A DNA stretch of 64,000 bases from an uncultured Duodenibacillus sp. (GCA_944388865.1 CALXKM010000021.1:5482-69481); one strand, 5' to 3'; positions 1 to 9,855 are shown, counted from the first letter of the stretch. Numbers and translations are program-made. Notes: a model not told the origin generated them from the sequence alone.

Positions 1-73
1 AGATTTCCTTGTTGCCAAGACCGAAAGTATATTGGATGTTGGGCAGAGGATTCGAAGAAATGCACGATAAAGG

Positions 74-2521
74 GTGGAATTTTTGCCAGAAAAGGTCATG
101 AGTTTTCAGAGCAAAACGCAAGCAATAGATAGCGACAATCGCAAGGATGCCGGCGCTGGGCAGCGCTTGCCGTCTTGCCATCGGCATGAGTGCGAGAGAG
201 GGGCAAGCGGCGCAGCTAGCCAAAAGGCTGCTTGTCTTTGCGCAAGCCTTTCTGCAAAGTTTGATTCAAAGGAGCAAGACGCGTCTGGGAAATCAATTCT
301 CTTTGCCTTTATATGTGCGCTGTTTACCTTGAGCGTTTTCATCCTGTCTGGCTGTTCTCGCCCGATCAATGCCCCCAGAGCGTTAGGGGATTACGCAAGC
401 AATACGCTTTTTTCAAGTTTCTCCGGCCGCAGTCCTCGTACGCTCGATCCTCAGGAGTCATATTCTTCTGATGAGACGATCTACGTCTACGGCGTCTATG
501 AGATGCTCTACGGCTACCACTATCTCAAGCGCCCGTATGAACTAGTGCCGAGGGCGGCAGAAAAAGTGGCCGTCCCCATCTACTACGACAAGGATGGAAA
601 GGAGCTTCCTGTCGATGCTGACTCTAAACGTATAGCACGAGCGCTTTACCGCATCCCTATCAAAAAGGGAATGAAGTTTGCGCCGCACCCAGCCTTTGCT
701 AAGGATGAAAAAGGAAATTATCTCTACCACAATCTCAGCGAAATAGAGGCTGCCAAACTTAAAAGCCCTCTCGATCTGCCAGCCCGAGGCACGCGCGAAG
801 TCACGGCTGAAGATTTTGTCTACGGCATCAAGCGCATGGGGTCTCCCGTGGTGGTAAGTCCCGTGCTCGGCATGATGGCAAACCACATTGTGGGGCTTAA
901 AGATTTTGCCGACATTCTGTGCCATGAGGCTAAAAAGAAAAGACAAATTGGCGACAAGAGCTGGCTTGATCTGCGCAAATACGAAATTGCTGGCGTCAGG
1001 GCGGCAGATCGCTATACGCTTGAGATCACGTTAAACGGCAAGTACAGCCAGTTTTCCAATTGGCTTTCCATGGCTTTCTTTGCTCCGGTTCCCTGGGAAG
1101 CAGAAGTTTTCTATCACAATGAGGGCTTTAAGGAAAACAATATTTCTCTGGCGACATGGCCTGTGGGTGCAGGTCCCTTTATGCTCACCAAGTCGCTTAT
1201 CAACCGCGAGCATGTTTTGGAGAGAAATCCCAATTACCGCTATGAACCCTATCCGTGCGAAGGGATGCCCGAAGATGAAAAGGCCGCAATGCTCGCAGAC
1301 TGCGGAAAGCCCACGCCTTTTGTTGACCGCGTGGTGATGTCCATGGAAAAAGAAGCCATTCCTACCACCACGAAGTTTTTGCAGGGCTACTACGACAGCC
1401 CTCAGATCACGAGGTTGGATGTTGGTCAAGGATATCTCGTGGCTATGGGTGACGACCCAGATAAGGCTAAGTTTTATCGCGGAAAGAATCTTCAGTTTCC
1501 ATCAACGATTGAAGCAAGCATCTCCTACATTGGCTTCAATTGGCTTGATCCCGTTGTGGGAGCGGGAAAAACGCCAGAAGAAGCCAAACGCAATCGCCTT
1601 TTAAGACAAGCAATCAGCATCGCCTTGGATTGGGAAGAGGAGATTGCGATCTTTTCCAAAGGGCAGGGAAAAGCTGCGCACGGACCTTTGCCTCCAGGTC
1701 TATTTGGCTGGAGCGATGATGGTCCTACAGCTTTCAATGAAGTGGTCTATAAAAAGACAGAAGACGGCCGCATCGTGAGAAGAAGCATTGAAGAAGCTAA
1801 GACACTGATGGTGCAGGCGGGTTACCCCGATGGGCGCGATGCCAAAACCGGCAAGCCCTTGGTGCTTAATTTTGATTGGCAAAGCGCTTCGCCTGGTTCA
1901 AAAGCTTATTTGGAATGGGTGACTAAGCAGTTTGCCAAGCTGGGAATTCAGCTTGAAATTCGTGCCACGGACTACAACCGCTTTCAGGAAAAAATGCTCA
2001 AAGGCTCGGCTCAGATCTATCTCTGGGGGTGGTTGGCTGATTATCCGGACGCAGAAAACTTCTTTACGCTTCTCTACGGGCCCAACAGCAAGGTTGCTTC
2101 GGGAGGAGGCGAAAACGCCAGCAATTACGTCAATCCCGAATTTGACAAGCGCTTTGCGCGCATGAAGGATTTAGAAAATGGTCCGGAGAAGGCTCGCTTA
2201 ATTGATGAAATGACGCGCATTGTTCAGCACGATGCTCCTTGGAGCTTTGGTTACTATCCTACATCGGTGGCCGCATTGCAGCATTGGGTGAAAAATGCCA
2301 AGCCCACGCAGATGATTCGCTACAACGTGCAGTACATGAGAATCGATGCCAAAGAGCGCATGGAAAAAATCAACCAATGGAATCGACCGATTGTCTGGCC
2401 TGTTGTGTTGATTCTCATTGCCGTGGGCGTTCTCGTTTGGCGCGTGCGCGTGCACGCGGCAAGGCTCTCGGCCAAACGGGCTGTAGAACCCTCTCGAGCA
2501 GCGTCAGGTAAAAATAAATAG
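74..2521 (+). CDS. ABC transporter substrate-binding protein, family 5 (peptide/opine type, YejA-like). Start codon uncertain.
   Basis: 815-aa ORF with a hydrophobic segment ending in a lipobox-like LSGC (ILFAFICALFTLSVFILSGCSRP). The long body carries the family-5 hallmark GWLADYPDAENFF. Two permease genes and a fused double ATPase follow directly. The track ORF starts at GTG 74; ATG 98 is an alternative start. Confidence 0.8.
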   Translation: MEFLPEKVMSFQSKTQAIDSDNRKDAGAGQRLPSCHRHECERGASGAASQKAACLCASLSAKFDSKEQDASGKSILFAFICALFTLSVFILSGCSRPINAPRALGDYASNTLFSSFSGRSPRTLDPQESYSSDETIYVYGVYEMLYGYHYLKRPYELVPRAAEKVAVPIYYDKDGKELPVDADSKRIARALYRIPIKKGMKFAPHPAFAKDEKGNYLYHNLSEIEAAKLKSPLDLPARGTREVTAEDFVYGIKRMGSPVVVSPVLGMMANHIVGLKDFADILCHEAKKKRQIGDKSWLDLRKYEIAGVRAADRYTLEITLNGKYSQFSNWLSMAFFAPVPWEAEVFYHNEGFKENNISLATWPVGAGPFMLTKSLINREHVLERNPNYRYEPYPCEGMPEDEKAAMLADCGKPTPFVDRVVMSMEKEAIPTTTKFLQGYYDSPQITRLDVGQGYLVAMGDDPDKAKFYRGKNLQFPSTIEASISYIGFNWLDPVVGAGKTPEEAKRNRLLRQAISIALDWEEEIAIFSKGQGKAAHGPLPPGLFGWSDDGPTAFNEVVYKKTEDGRIVRRSIEEAKTLMVQAGYPDGRDAKTGKPLVLNFDWQSASPGSKAYLEWVTKQFAKLGIQLEIRATDYNRFQEKMLKGSAQIYLWGWLADYPDAENFFTLLYGPNSKVASGGGENASNYVNPEFDKRFARMKDLENGPEKARLIDEMTRIVQHDAPWSFGYYPTSVAALQHWVKNAKPTQMIRYNVQYMRIDAKERMEKINQWNRPIVWPVVLILIAVGVLVWRVRVHAARLSAKRAVEPSRAASGKNK

Positions 2522-2635
2522 AAAGGCTAAGAGCATGACTCAAAGGACAGGACCTGCAAGCATCATTGAAGGGGCAGTGAGCGTATTAGCCAGAATGAAT
2601 TGCCTTTCTTGTTGTCTAGCAAAAGGGGAGGCCGC

Positions 2636-3613
2636 ATGATCGGCTACATTGTGCGGCGCATTGCCTATGGCTTTTTGATTCTTTTGGGCGTCAATGCGCT
2701 GACGTTTGCTCTCTTTTTTGCCGTCAATACGCCAGAGGACATGGCGCGTCTGGCAATTGGCGGGAGATACGTCACGTCGGAGGCGATTGAGCGCTGGAAG
2801 GCTGCTCATGGTTACGACCTGCCGCTCGTGTTCAATGAATCTGCGCAAGGCATTGAAAAACTTACCGAAACCATCTTCTTTCAGCGCTCGGCTCCGCTTC
2901 TAAAAGGGGATCTGGGGCTTTCAGACGCAGGCCGCAGCATCAATCGTGAGATTGCCGATCGTGTGGGGCCCTCGCTTGCCTTGGCCATTCCGACCTTCAT
3001 TCTGGGCGTTATCGTCATGGTGTGCTTTTCGCTCATGCTTGTGGTTGTTCGACGTACCAAACTCGAGTGGGCGGGCGTTGCCATGAGCGTTTGCATCATG
3101 AGCATCTCAAGCCTTTTTTACATCATTTTTGGGCAATGGCTTTTTGCAAAGACATTGCAGCTTGTCCCTGTCTCAGGTTTCATGGACGGCTGGCGCATGG
3201 CAGTCTTTTTGATTTTGCCAGTAGCGATCGGGATTTTTTCAAGGCTCGGGAGCGACACTCTTCTTTACCGCGCCATGTTTTTAGAAGAAGTCGGAAAAGA
3301 CTACGTTCGAACGGCCCGGGCAAAGGGAGCAGGCGAAGCGCGCGTGATGTTCAATCACGTGCTTAGGAACGCGATGCTCCCGATTCTCACAAGTACAGTC
3401 GCCGTGTTCCCGCTTCTTTTTATGGGCTCACTCATCATGGAAAGCTTTTTTGGCATCCCGGGTTTGGGGTCCTACACCATCGATGCCATCAACGCGCAGG
3501 ATTTTGCCATTGTGCGCGCAATGGTTTTTCTTGGAACCGTTGCCTATGTGGCGGGACTTATTTTGACTGACATCAGCTACACGATTGCTGATCCGCGCAT
3601 CAGACTGCGCTGA
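2636..3613 (+). CDS. ABC transporter permease (DppB/OppB/YejB-like)
   Basis: N-terminus MIGYIVRRIAYGFLILLGVNALTF and C-terminus YTIADPRIRLR are typical of this permease family. The protein is multi-TM. A Shine-Dalgarno-like aggggag lies just upstream of ATG 2636. Confidence 0.9.
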   Translation: MIGYIVRRIAYGFLILLGVNALTFALFFAVNTPEDMARLAIGGRYVTSEAIERWKAAHGYDLPLVFNESAQGIEKLTETIFFQRSAPLLKGDLGLSDAGRSINREIADRVGPSLALAIPTFILGVIVMVCFSLMLVVVRRTKLEWAGVAMSVCIMSISSLFYIIFGQWLFAKTLQLVPVSGFMDGWRMAVFLILPVAIGIFSRLGSDTLLYRAMFLEEVGKDYVRTARAKGAGEARVMFNHVLRNAMLPILTSTVAVFPLLFMGSLIMESFFGIPGLGSYTIDAINAQDFAIVRAMVFLGTVAYVAGLILTDISYTIADPRIRLR

Positions 3614-3634
3614 CACGAAGGGAAATAAAGCAAG

Positions 3635-5041
3635 ATGTTTGATGCCAAGTTCGTTTTTCTTTATACGGACGCCGTGATGTGGCTTTTGTTTGCCGCAATT
3701 GTTTTGTATGTCCGGCGCGTGCTGAGAGATCCATTGACCAAGCGGAAATGGCGCAAAGTGCTTGCCAATCGTACAGCGCTTGCGGCAGCGGCAGTGTTGT
3801 CGGTCTTTTTTGTTGTAGCCTTGACCGACAGCGTGCATTTTCGCCGTGCGCTGCCAATGCAGGAAAATGCGGCTGTTCAAGCTTGGGAAACGAAGACCGT
3901 ATCGCTTCTTGATGTGTTTGTAGGTGAAAAGATTGCCGGACGTGAGCGAAGCTATTCGGCACCCTTTTCAATGCACGATTTTGACAAGACGACAGTGGTC
4001 ACTGACAAGGGACCGGAGCGCATTTTTCAGCGGCTCAAAGGAGCGTCTCCAGAAATTGAGGAGACAGGCTTTCGCGCAAAATTCATCAAGAAGCTTGCCG
4101 CCGGCGTGATGACCTCTGCCGTCATCTTGGCGCTTTTTTGGATTGTGCTCTCTTTATTCGTTAAGGTGATTTGCAAAGAGCCTTTCGGGAAAGCTTTGCA
4201 GCGGGCGACAGCTCGCAGCAATCCCTGGCGGCCAGCAATTCTTGTGTGGCAATTGGCGATATTGATTGCCTGCGTGCTCTCATTTCTGTGGCCGTCCTGG
4301 CATATCCTCGGAACAGATGCGACGGGAAGCGACGCACTCTACAGCGCCCTAAAAAGCGTGCGCACGGCGTTTGTGATTGGGTCTTTGGCTACGCTTACAA
4401 CGCTTCCTTTTGCCGTGGTGCTGGGCATCAGCGCCGGGTACTTCAAAGGGAAGGTCGACGATGTCATTCAGTACATTTACACGACCATCAGTTCCATTCC
4501 ATCGGTTCTCTTGATTGCAGCGTCCGTGCTGATGGTGCAGGTCTTCATCGACAAAAATCCGCAGCTTTTTGCAACAGGGCTTGAGCGAGCCGATTTGAGG
4601 TTGTTTTTGCTGGCAGCCATTATCGGCATGACAAGCTGGGCAGGATTAGCAAGACTCTTGAGGGCAGAAACGATGAAGGTCTCTGCCATGGATTTTGTGA
4701 CGGCTGCCAAGTCTTTTGGCGTGTCTGATGCGCGCATCATGGCGCGACACATTTTTCCCAACGTTGTGCACATCGTGCTCATCGTCATGGTGCTTGATTT
4801 CTCCAGCATCGTGCTCTATGAGGCGGTCTTAAGCTATGTGGGCGTGGGCGTCGATCCCACCATGGATTCCTTTGGTTCCATGATCAATGCGGCAGCCGTT
4901 GAAATGAGCCGTTCACCGGTGATCTGGTGGAACCTATTGTCAAGCTTTATTTTCATGGTAACGATGGTGCTCTCGGCCAACCTTTTTGCTTCTGGCGTGC
5001 GGGAAGCATTTGACCCGCGATCTGGAGGCAGCCGTGCTTGA
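3635..5041 (+). CDS. ABC transporter permease (DppC/OppC/YejE-like) with a long N-terminal extension
   Basis: 468-aa multi-TM ORF. It has the conserved cytoplasmic coupling loop LARLLRAETMKVSAMDFVTAAKSFGVSDARIMARHIFPN and sits between the first permease and the ATPase. Confidence 0.9.
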   Translation: MFDAKFVFLYTDAVMWLLFAAIVLYVRRVLRDPLTKRKWRKVLANRTALAAAAVLSVFFVVALTDSVHFRRALPMQENAAVQAWETKTVSLLDVFVGEKIAGRERSYSAPFSMHDFDKTTVVTDKGPERIFQRLKGASPEIEETGFRAKFIKKLAAGVMTSAVILALFWIVLSLFVKVICKEPFGKALQRATARSNPWRPAILVWQLAILIACVLSFLWPSWHILGTDATGSDALYSALKSVRTAFVIGSLATLTTLPFAVVLGISAGYFKGKVDDVIQYIYTTISSIPSVLLIAASVLMVQVFIDKNPQLFATGLERADLRLFLLAAIIGMTSWAGLARLLRAETMKVSAMDFVTAAKSFGVSDARIMARHIFPNVVHIVLIVMVLDFSSIVLYEAVLSYVGVGVDPTMDSFGSMINAAAVEMSRSPVIWWNLLSSFIFMVTMVLSANLFASGVREAFDPRSGGSRA

Positions 5042-6824
5042 AGTTAAGGATCTTCATGTGGCGGTGCACGCTTCCGAAGGTTTGCTAGAAGCCGTAAGCG
5101 GCGTGAGCTTTTTTTTGCAAAAAGGGGAGTGCTTTGCTCTTGTCGGAGAGTCGGGGTGCGGCAAGTCGCTCACCGCGCTTTCCTTGATGCGGCTTTTGCC
5201 GGAATCTGCGCAGATTACCGCGGGTTCCGTGACGATTGATGGGGAAAATTTGCTTGAGCTTCCCGAAAAAGAGATGCAGTCTCGCCGCGGTGCGCAGATT
5301 GCGATGATTTTTCAAGAACCCGCAACAAGCTTAAATCCAGTATTGACCATTGGCGATCAAATTGTTGAAGCTGTGCTTTTGCATCAAAAGATCAGCAAAA
5401 AAGACGCGCGAAGCAAAGCGCTTGAGTGGCTTGAACGAGTGGGCATTGATGCACCGGAAAAAAGGTTTGAAGCTTTTCCGCATGAACTTTCCGGCGGGCA
5501 AAAGCAGCGCGTCATGATTGCCATGGCGCTAGCCTGCGAACCGCAAGTTGTGGTGGCTGATGAACCAACAACGGCACTTGATGTGACGCTGCAGGCGCAG
5601 ATTCTGGAGTTGCTCAAGAGATTGCAAAAAGAGCGCGGCATTGCCCTTTTGCTCATCACGCATGATTTGGCTGTTGTGAGGCAGTGCGCTGACCGTGTGG
5701 CATTGATGTACGCCGGGCAAATCGTTGAGGAAAATGCTGCAGCGGAATTTTTTGCTCATCCCCAGCATCCGTATGCCCGTCAGCTTTTGGCCGCAGTTCC
5801 TTCGGCAGATAAAAGCAAAGGACTTTTGACCGGCATTGCAGGAACAGTGCCGGAGCTTGGTGCAATGCCAAAGGGGTGTCGCTTCGCTCCGAGATGCAAA
5901 ATCGCCAAAAAGGAGTGCACGTGCCGAGAAATTCCTTTGATCAGAAGGACCAACCAAGCATCAATTCGCTGCCTTCGGACAGACTCCATCATTTCTCTTG
6001 AGAAGTTCGTTGAAGCACCGACGTCCAAATCTGGAGACATCGTTTTTGAAGTCCAAAACCTGAGTGTCTCTTATGAAAAAAAGCGCGGAATTTTACGATC
6101 ACCGCTTTTCTTTGATGCTGTCAAGAACGTAAGTCTTGCCGTTCGAGCGGGACAGACAGCCGCACTTGTGGGAGAGTCAGGCTCAGGCAAGACGACACTG
6201 GCCAAAGCGGCGTTGGGGCTTTTAGAGGACGCAAGGATTTCCGGCAAGGTGATGCTTGCTGGGCACTCTGCTTATGACGGGCATGGGCATTTTGATGCGA
6301 AGCTGCATGCATTGGCGCAGATCGTCTTTCAAGATCCCTTTGCTTCGTTAGATCCCCGCATGACGGTGGGCGAATGCATTGAAGAGGGGATAACGGCATT
6401 GCTTCCCGGCATGGAGAAGGCTCAAAGACAGCATCGGGTGAATGAACTGCTCGATCAGGTGGGGTTGGCAAAAAGCGCAGCCATGAAGCTTCCGCACGAG
6501 TTTTCTGGCGGCCAGCGGCAGCGCATCGCCATTGCTCGAGCGCTAGCCGTCGAGCCTCGCATCATGATTTGCGACGAACCCACGAGCGCGCTTGATGTTT
6601 CGGTGCAGGCTCAGATTTTGAATTTGTTGAGACAAATACAGGCAGAAACCGGGGTGGCGATGCTTTTCATTACGCACAACTTTGCCGTAGTTGAATACCT
6701 TGCGCATGAAGTGGCGGTAATGCGTCACGGCGAGTTGGTGGAGGCGGGCTGCGCTCATGAAGTGCTTGCAGGGCCGAAAACAAGTTACACGAGGGAGCTT
6801 TTAGCAGCAGTGCCGAGGATGTAA
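5034..6824 (+). CDS. ABC transporter ATP-binding protein with two fused ATPase domains (YejF-like)
   Basis: Two Walker A motifs (GESGCGKS, GESGSGKT), two signatures (LSGGQKQR, FSGGQRQR) and two Walker B motifs (VVADEPTTALD, MICDEPTSALD). The likely start is GTG 5034 (VLEVKDLHV), overlapping the permease stop. The track ORF begins at 4986. Confidence 0.9.
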   Translation: MLEVKDLHVAVHASEGLLEAVSGVSFFLQKGECFALVGESGCGKSLTALSLMRLLPESAQITAGSVTIDGENLLELPEKEMQSRRGAQIAMIFQEPATSLNPVLTIGDQIVEAVLLHQKISKKDARSKALEWLERVGIDAPEKRFEAFPHELSGGQKQRVMIAMALACEPQVVVADEPTTALDVTLQAQILELLKRLQKERGIALLLITHDLAVVRQCADRVALMYAGQIVEENAAAEFFAHPQHPYARQLLAAVPSADKSKGLLTGIAGTVPELGAMPKGCRFAPRCKIAKKECTCREIPLIRRTNQASIRCLRTDSIISLEKFVEAPTSKSGDIVFEVQNLSVSYEKKRGILRSPLFFDAVKNVSLAVRAGQTAALVGESGSGKTTLAKAALGLLEDARISGKVMLAGHSAYDGHGHFDAKLHALAQIVFQDPFASLDPRMTVGECIEEGITALLPGMEKAQRQHRVNELLDQVGLAKSAAMKLPHEFSGGQRQRIAIARALAVEPRIMICDEPTSALDVSVQAQILNLLRQIQAETGVAMLFITHNFAVVEYLAHEVAVMRHGELVEAGCAHEVLAGPKTSYTRELLAAVPRM

Positions 6825-6849
6825 GCGTCAGGAAATGGAGAGTTTGCAG

Positions 6850-7443
6850 CTATGCAATAAACTCGATTTTTCCGTTAGTCAGGGCGGTGCTTAAAAACAT
6901 GCCGAAATCATTAGCAAAAGGATTCTTGGGGCGCTTTAAACGATCAAGCATGAGAGTAACACGATCTTTGGTTAAATCAAATGGAAGCTCGCCTTTTTTG
7001 TAGTCTGGAAGCAATAAACGGTACAACGGCATATAGTCAGCATCCGTCATCGGGGTGTTGAAGTGCTGATGCTGTACGCAGATGGCTATCCATTTGTCCA
7101 TCAATGAATCTTCGCAATGTAGCATCAGAAAATCTTCAAAGTTCATTGTGGAGAAAAAGAAGTTGGGAATATTTTTAGGTTTTTGCTGATAATTTGTCTG
7201 AGAGTTTTTCGTATTGCGGATATAAATATCGCGATCAACCCAAACGTGAAAAGTTGATTTTCGGTTTCGCTGTTGTTCTTCTTTGAGTTTGGCTATGACT
7301 GAGCCATAATAACCCTGGTGGGCAACCCTGGGAATGAACGGTCCGACATCCCATGAATAATTGGTGCAGCGAAGAATTCTGTTGAGGCTTTGCAGGTAAG
7401 CGTTTTCCGAGCTGCCTTCGCAAATGATGGTGACAGGAAACAT
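6850..7443 (-). CDS. RloB-like (TOPRIM-like) protein, putative effector partner of the upstream AAA ATPase (AbiLii-like)
   Basis: Starting from ATG 7443 the protein begins MFPVTIICEGSSENAYLQ, then HVWVDRDIY, then FFFSTMNFEDFLMLHC. This matches my recollection of the RloB pattern (xxCEGxxxExxY ... D.D ... F E.W.LLH). It starts 7 nt after the ATPase stop and is preceded by GAGG. AT-rich. Confidence 0.7.
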   Translation of the reverse strand: MFPVTIICEGSSENAYLQSLNRILRCTNYSWDVGPFIPRVAHQGYYGSVIAKLKEEQQRNRKSTFHVWVDRDIYIRNTKNSQTNYQQKPKNIPNFFFSTMNFEDFLMLHCEDSLMDKWIAICVQHQHFNTPMTDADYMPLYRLLLPDYKKGELPFDLTKDRVTLMLDRLKRPKNPFANDFGMFLSTALTNGKIEFIA

Positions 7444-7450
7444 AGTCGCC

Positions 7451-8731
7451 TCACACGTAAGGAAAAGGAATGCCCCCAAATTCTCCGCGTAAATAGCGGC
7501 GTCGAAAGTCAGCGCTGTTTCGCAATCTAGGAATTTCAACAAGCCGCAAGAGCTTGCTTCCTTCAAAGCCTCGCTGGCTCACAATTCCGATCTCAGATAG
7601 ACCAAGCAAGTTCTCGGACAACAAGTCTGTGTTGTGTATGGTAAAAATCAATTGAGCCTTGTTTTCATTGATTCTTTTTTCTTTAAAGAGCTTGACGAGT
7701 TCCATCACTAGAAGACTATGCAGAGAGTCGTCAAGCTCATCAATCAGAACAGTCTTTCCTTGACGTATGGCAGCAAGCAGTCCGCCCAGTATTCGTGCAA
7801 GATGCTGTGTTCCTCGAGATTCATAAGAGATATCGAATTTAACAATTTCTCCGGCTTCGGTCTTGTGCAGCGTCTCTAATACGTGCAGAGAAAAATTGTT
7901 TCCGACATCTTCGAAAAGTTTCAGTATCTCGGCAGGCAGACCAGATTTTTCGGGATCTAAATTTTGTATGTTGATGCCGACAATTCTAAAGTCAAGTTTT
8001 TTCAGGTATTGAACAAACAACTCCTGAGCTTTTTGCATGTTGTCAGACTCTGTGCCGCCAAAAGTGTCGGCAAGCAGTTCGAGACCTCGATAAAAATCAA
8101 TGCTCTGATCAATAAAAATCAAATCAGATGTTATGAATTCTCTTGCCAGCAAAAGATTTTCGCTGATGCCAGGCAGCGCCAGGGGAAGTTCATTTAATAA
8201 AGTATTGACTTGTTGTTTGGTAGCGGCGTGAATGCATCGGGACTCAAATGTCGACAAGACGTCATCTTGCAGGGACTCGATGCCTTCATCCAAGAAGGCC
8301 AACTTTGCACCGACCACATCAAAAATCTTCCTTCCCTCGCATTCGAGGTGCTCAGCAACAATGCCGTTTTTACCGAATTCCAAAGAATACGAAAATCTTT
8401 TGAGTTCTTTCCAAAAAACAATAGAAAGAAGCGATGCATCGTGTACAGTTGCGGAAATTTTGTTGGGATTGAAGAAGTGTTTTTTCCAACCAGTTCTCAC
8501 GATTTGCTGCAGCAGACGCATAGCCAGCAAAACCGTTGTTTTGCCGGATGCATTTGGGCCATAGAGGGCCATGACAGGACACAGTCTGCTTTTGGTGCTT
8601 TTTCCTGCTTCAATGAATGGCCACAAGGGGCTCTCTTTGTAGCCGTTGGGAGCTTTCCCTTCGGCAAAGTTCAGCTGAAGATGAAGGTGTTTGATGCAGG
8701 AAAAATTTTTGATTTCTATGCTTTCGAGCAT
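7451..8731 (-). CDS. AAA_15/AAA_21-type ABC ATPase (AbiLi-like abortive-infection ATPase)
   Basis: 426 aa. N-terminus MLESIEIKNF, Walker A GPNASGKTT (8534-8560), signature-like ESRGTQHL, Walker B/D-loop VLIDELDDSLH and H-loop FTIHNT. An RloB-like gene follows immediately. AT-rich. Confidence 0.85.
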   Translation of the reverse strand: MLESIEIKNFSCIKHLHLQLNFAEGKAPNGYKESPLWPFIEAGKSTKSRLCPVMALYGPNASGKTTVLLAMRLLQQIVRTGWKKHFFNPNKISATVHDASLLSIVFWKELKRFSYSLEFGKNGIVAEHLECEGRKIFDVVGAKLAFLDEGIESLQDDVLSTFESRCIHAATKQQVNTLLNELPLALPGISENLLLAREFITSDLIFIDQSIDFYRGLELLADTFGGTESDNMQKAQELFVQYLKKLDFRIVGINIQNLDPEKSGLPAEILKLFEDVGNNFSLHVLETLHKTEAGEIVKFDISYESRGTQHLARILGGLLAAIRQGKTVLIDELDDSLHSLLVMELVKLFKEKRINENKAQLIFTIHNTDLLSENLLGLSEIGIVSQRGFEGSKLLRLVEIPRLRNSADFRRRYLRGEFGGIPFPYV

Positions 8732-8915
8732 GTCAACCCCTCCGAAAGAAGAAAGACCATTGTATCAAGATAAACAAATTTTTGGTTTATCTTCGCATCT
8801 ATTGTTTGTATTCTGCTTGGTTTTGCGTGCTTTGCCCGCAAGATGAATGAAAAAATGTCCTGTTTTTCAACGCAAGGCTGATCGCGCGAGTCGGATGGAG
8901 GACGCAGGGAGTACC

Positions 8916-8947
8916 AAAAAGCCGCAGCCTCAAGAAAAGGCGCGGCT
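8916..8947 (-). terminator. Possible rho-independent terminator after the amino-acid ABC permease gene
   Basis: On the minus strand the hairpin is AGCCGC-(16 nt loop)-GCGGCT followed by TTTTT. The plus strand reads aaaaagccgc...gcggct. The long loop makes it weak. Confidence 0.45.
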
Positions 8948-8973
8948 CTGTAACAAGCTCTCTGACGGGCGGC

Positions 8974-9639
8974 TTATCGTGCGTCGCTAATCTTAAAGCG
9001 CTTCTCAAGGTACCCGACAAGACGTGTAATCGAAAGCGTCATGATGAGGTAGAGAATGGCTACAGCCGACCAGATTTCAAGCGAGCCGTAGGTTTCCGAA
9101 ATGATGAGCTGCCCCGAACGGGTCAGTTCTTCAAAGCCGATGACGGACACCAACGAAGAGTCCTTCAACATAGCGATGAACTCATTGCCAAGCGGCGGGA
9201 TGATGCGCTTAAATGCCTGCGGCAGGATGATGTAGCGCATCGTCTGGTTCCAATTCATGCCCAGAGAGAGGCCCGCGCGCATCTGGCCGATGTCGATTGA
9301 TTGAATGCCGGCGCGGAAGATTTCAGCAACGTACGCACCGGAATTGATTGAGCAGGCAGCCACTGCAGCTACAAAGGGATCAATGCGCTGGCCAATGATC
9401 ACCGGCAGTGCGAAGTAGATGATGAAGATCTGAACCAGAAGAGGGGTGCCGCGGATGAAGTCCACGTAGACTTTGGCAACAATGCGCAACGGTGCCCAGC
9501 GGCTCAACTGCGCAAGTGCGGCAAGCAAACCAAACACCAAGCCAAGGCCCACGGCCAAAGCCGTGATCTCGAGGGTCACAAGCGCTCCCTGCAAAAGCAG
9601 CGGAAGCGAAGACGTAATAAGAGAAAAATCAAATTCCAT
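8974..9639 (-). CDS. Amino-acid ABC transporter permease (HisM/GlnP/polar amino-acid family)
   Basis: Starting from ATG 9639 the protein begins MEFDFSLITSSLPLLLQGALVTLEIT. It has the family coupling loop SIDIGQMRAGLSLGMNWNQTMRYIILPQAFKRIIPPLGNEFIAMLKDSSL. Confidence 0.85.
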   Translation of the reverse strand: MEFDFSLITSSLPLLLQGALVTLEITALAVGLGLVFGLLAALAQLSRWAPLRIVAKVYVDFIRGTPLLVQIFIIYFALPVIIGQRIDPFVAAVAACSINSGAYVAEIFRAGIQSIDIGQMRAGLSLGMNWNQTMRYIILPQAFKRIIPPLGNEFIAMLKDSSLVSVIGFEELTRSGQLIISETYGSLEIWSAVAILYLIMTLSITRLVGYLEKRFKISDAR

Positions 9640-9855
9640 GGGGCGTCGGTCCGAAATGCAGGCTTTGCGCGAAGTGCGCGGCAAAGCTGGCAGTCATGTA
9701 AAAAACCAATGCAGAAAGTAAAAATTCCGCACAGGCCGAAAGTATAAGCGAGATCGTGTTGACGGTGCGCAAAATTTCAAGCCTGCACGTTTTTGCGCTG
9801 GTCTTTGTAAGACTGAGGCGTCACAGTCTGGGATGATTTTTGCGACCGTACAAAT

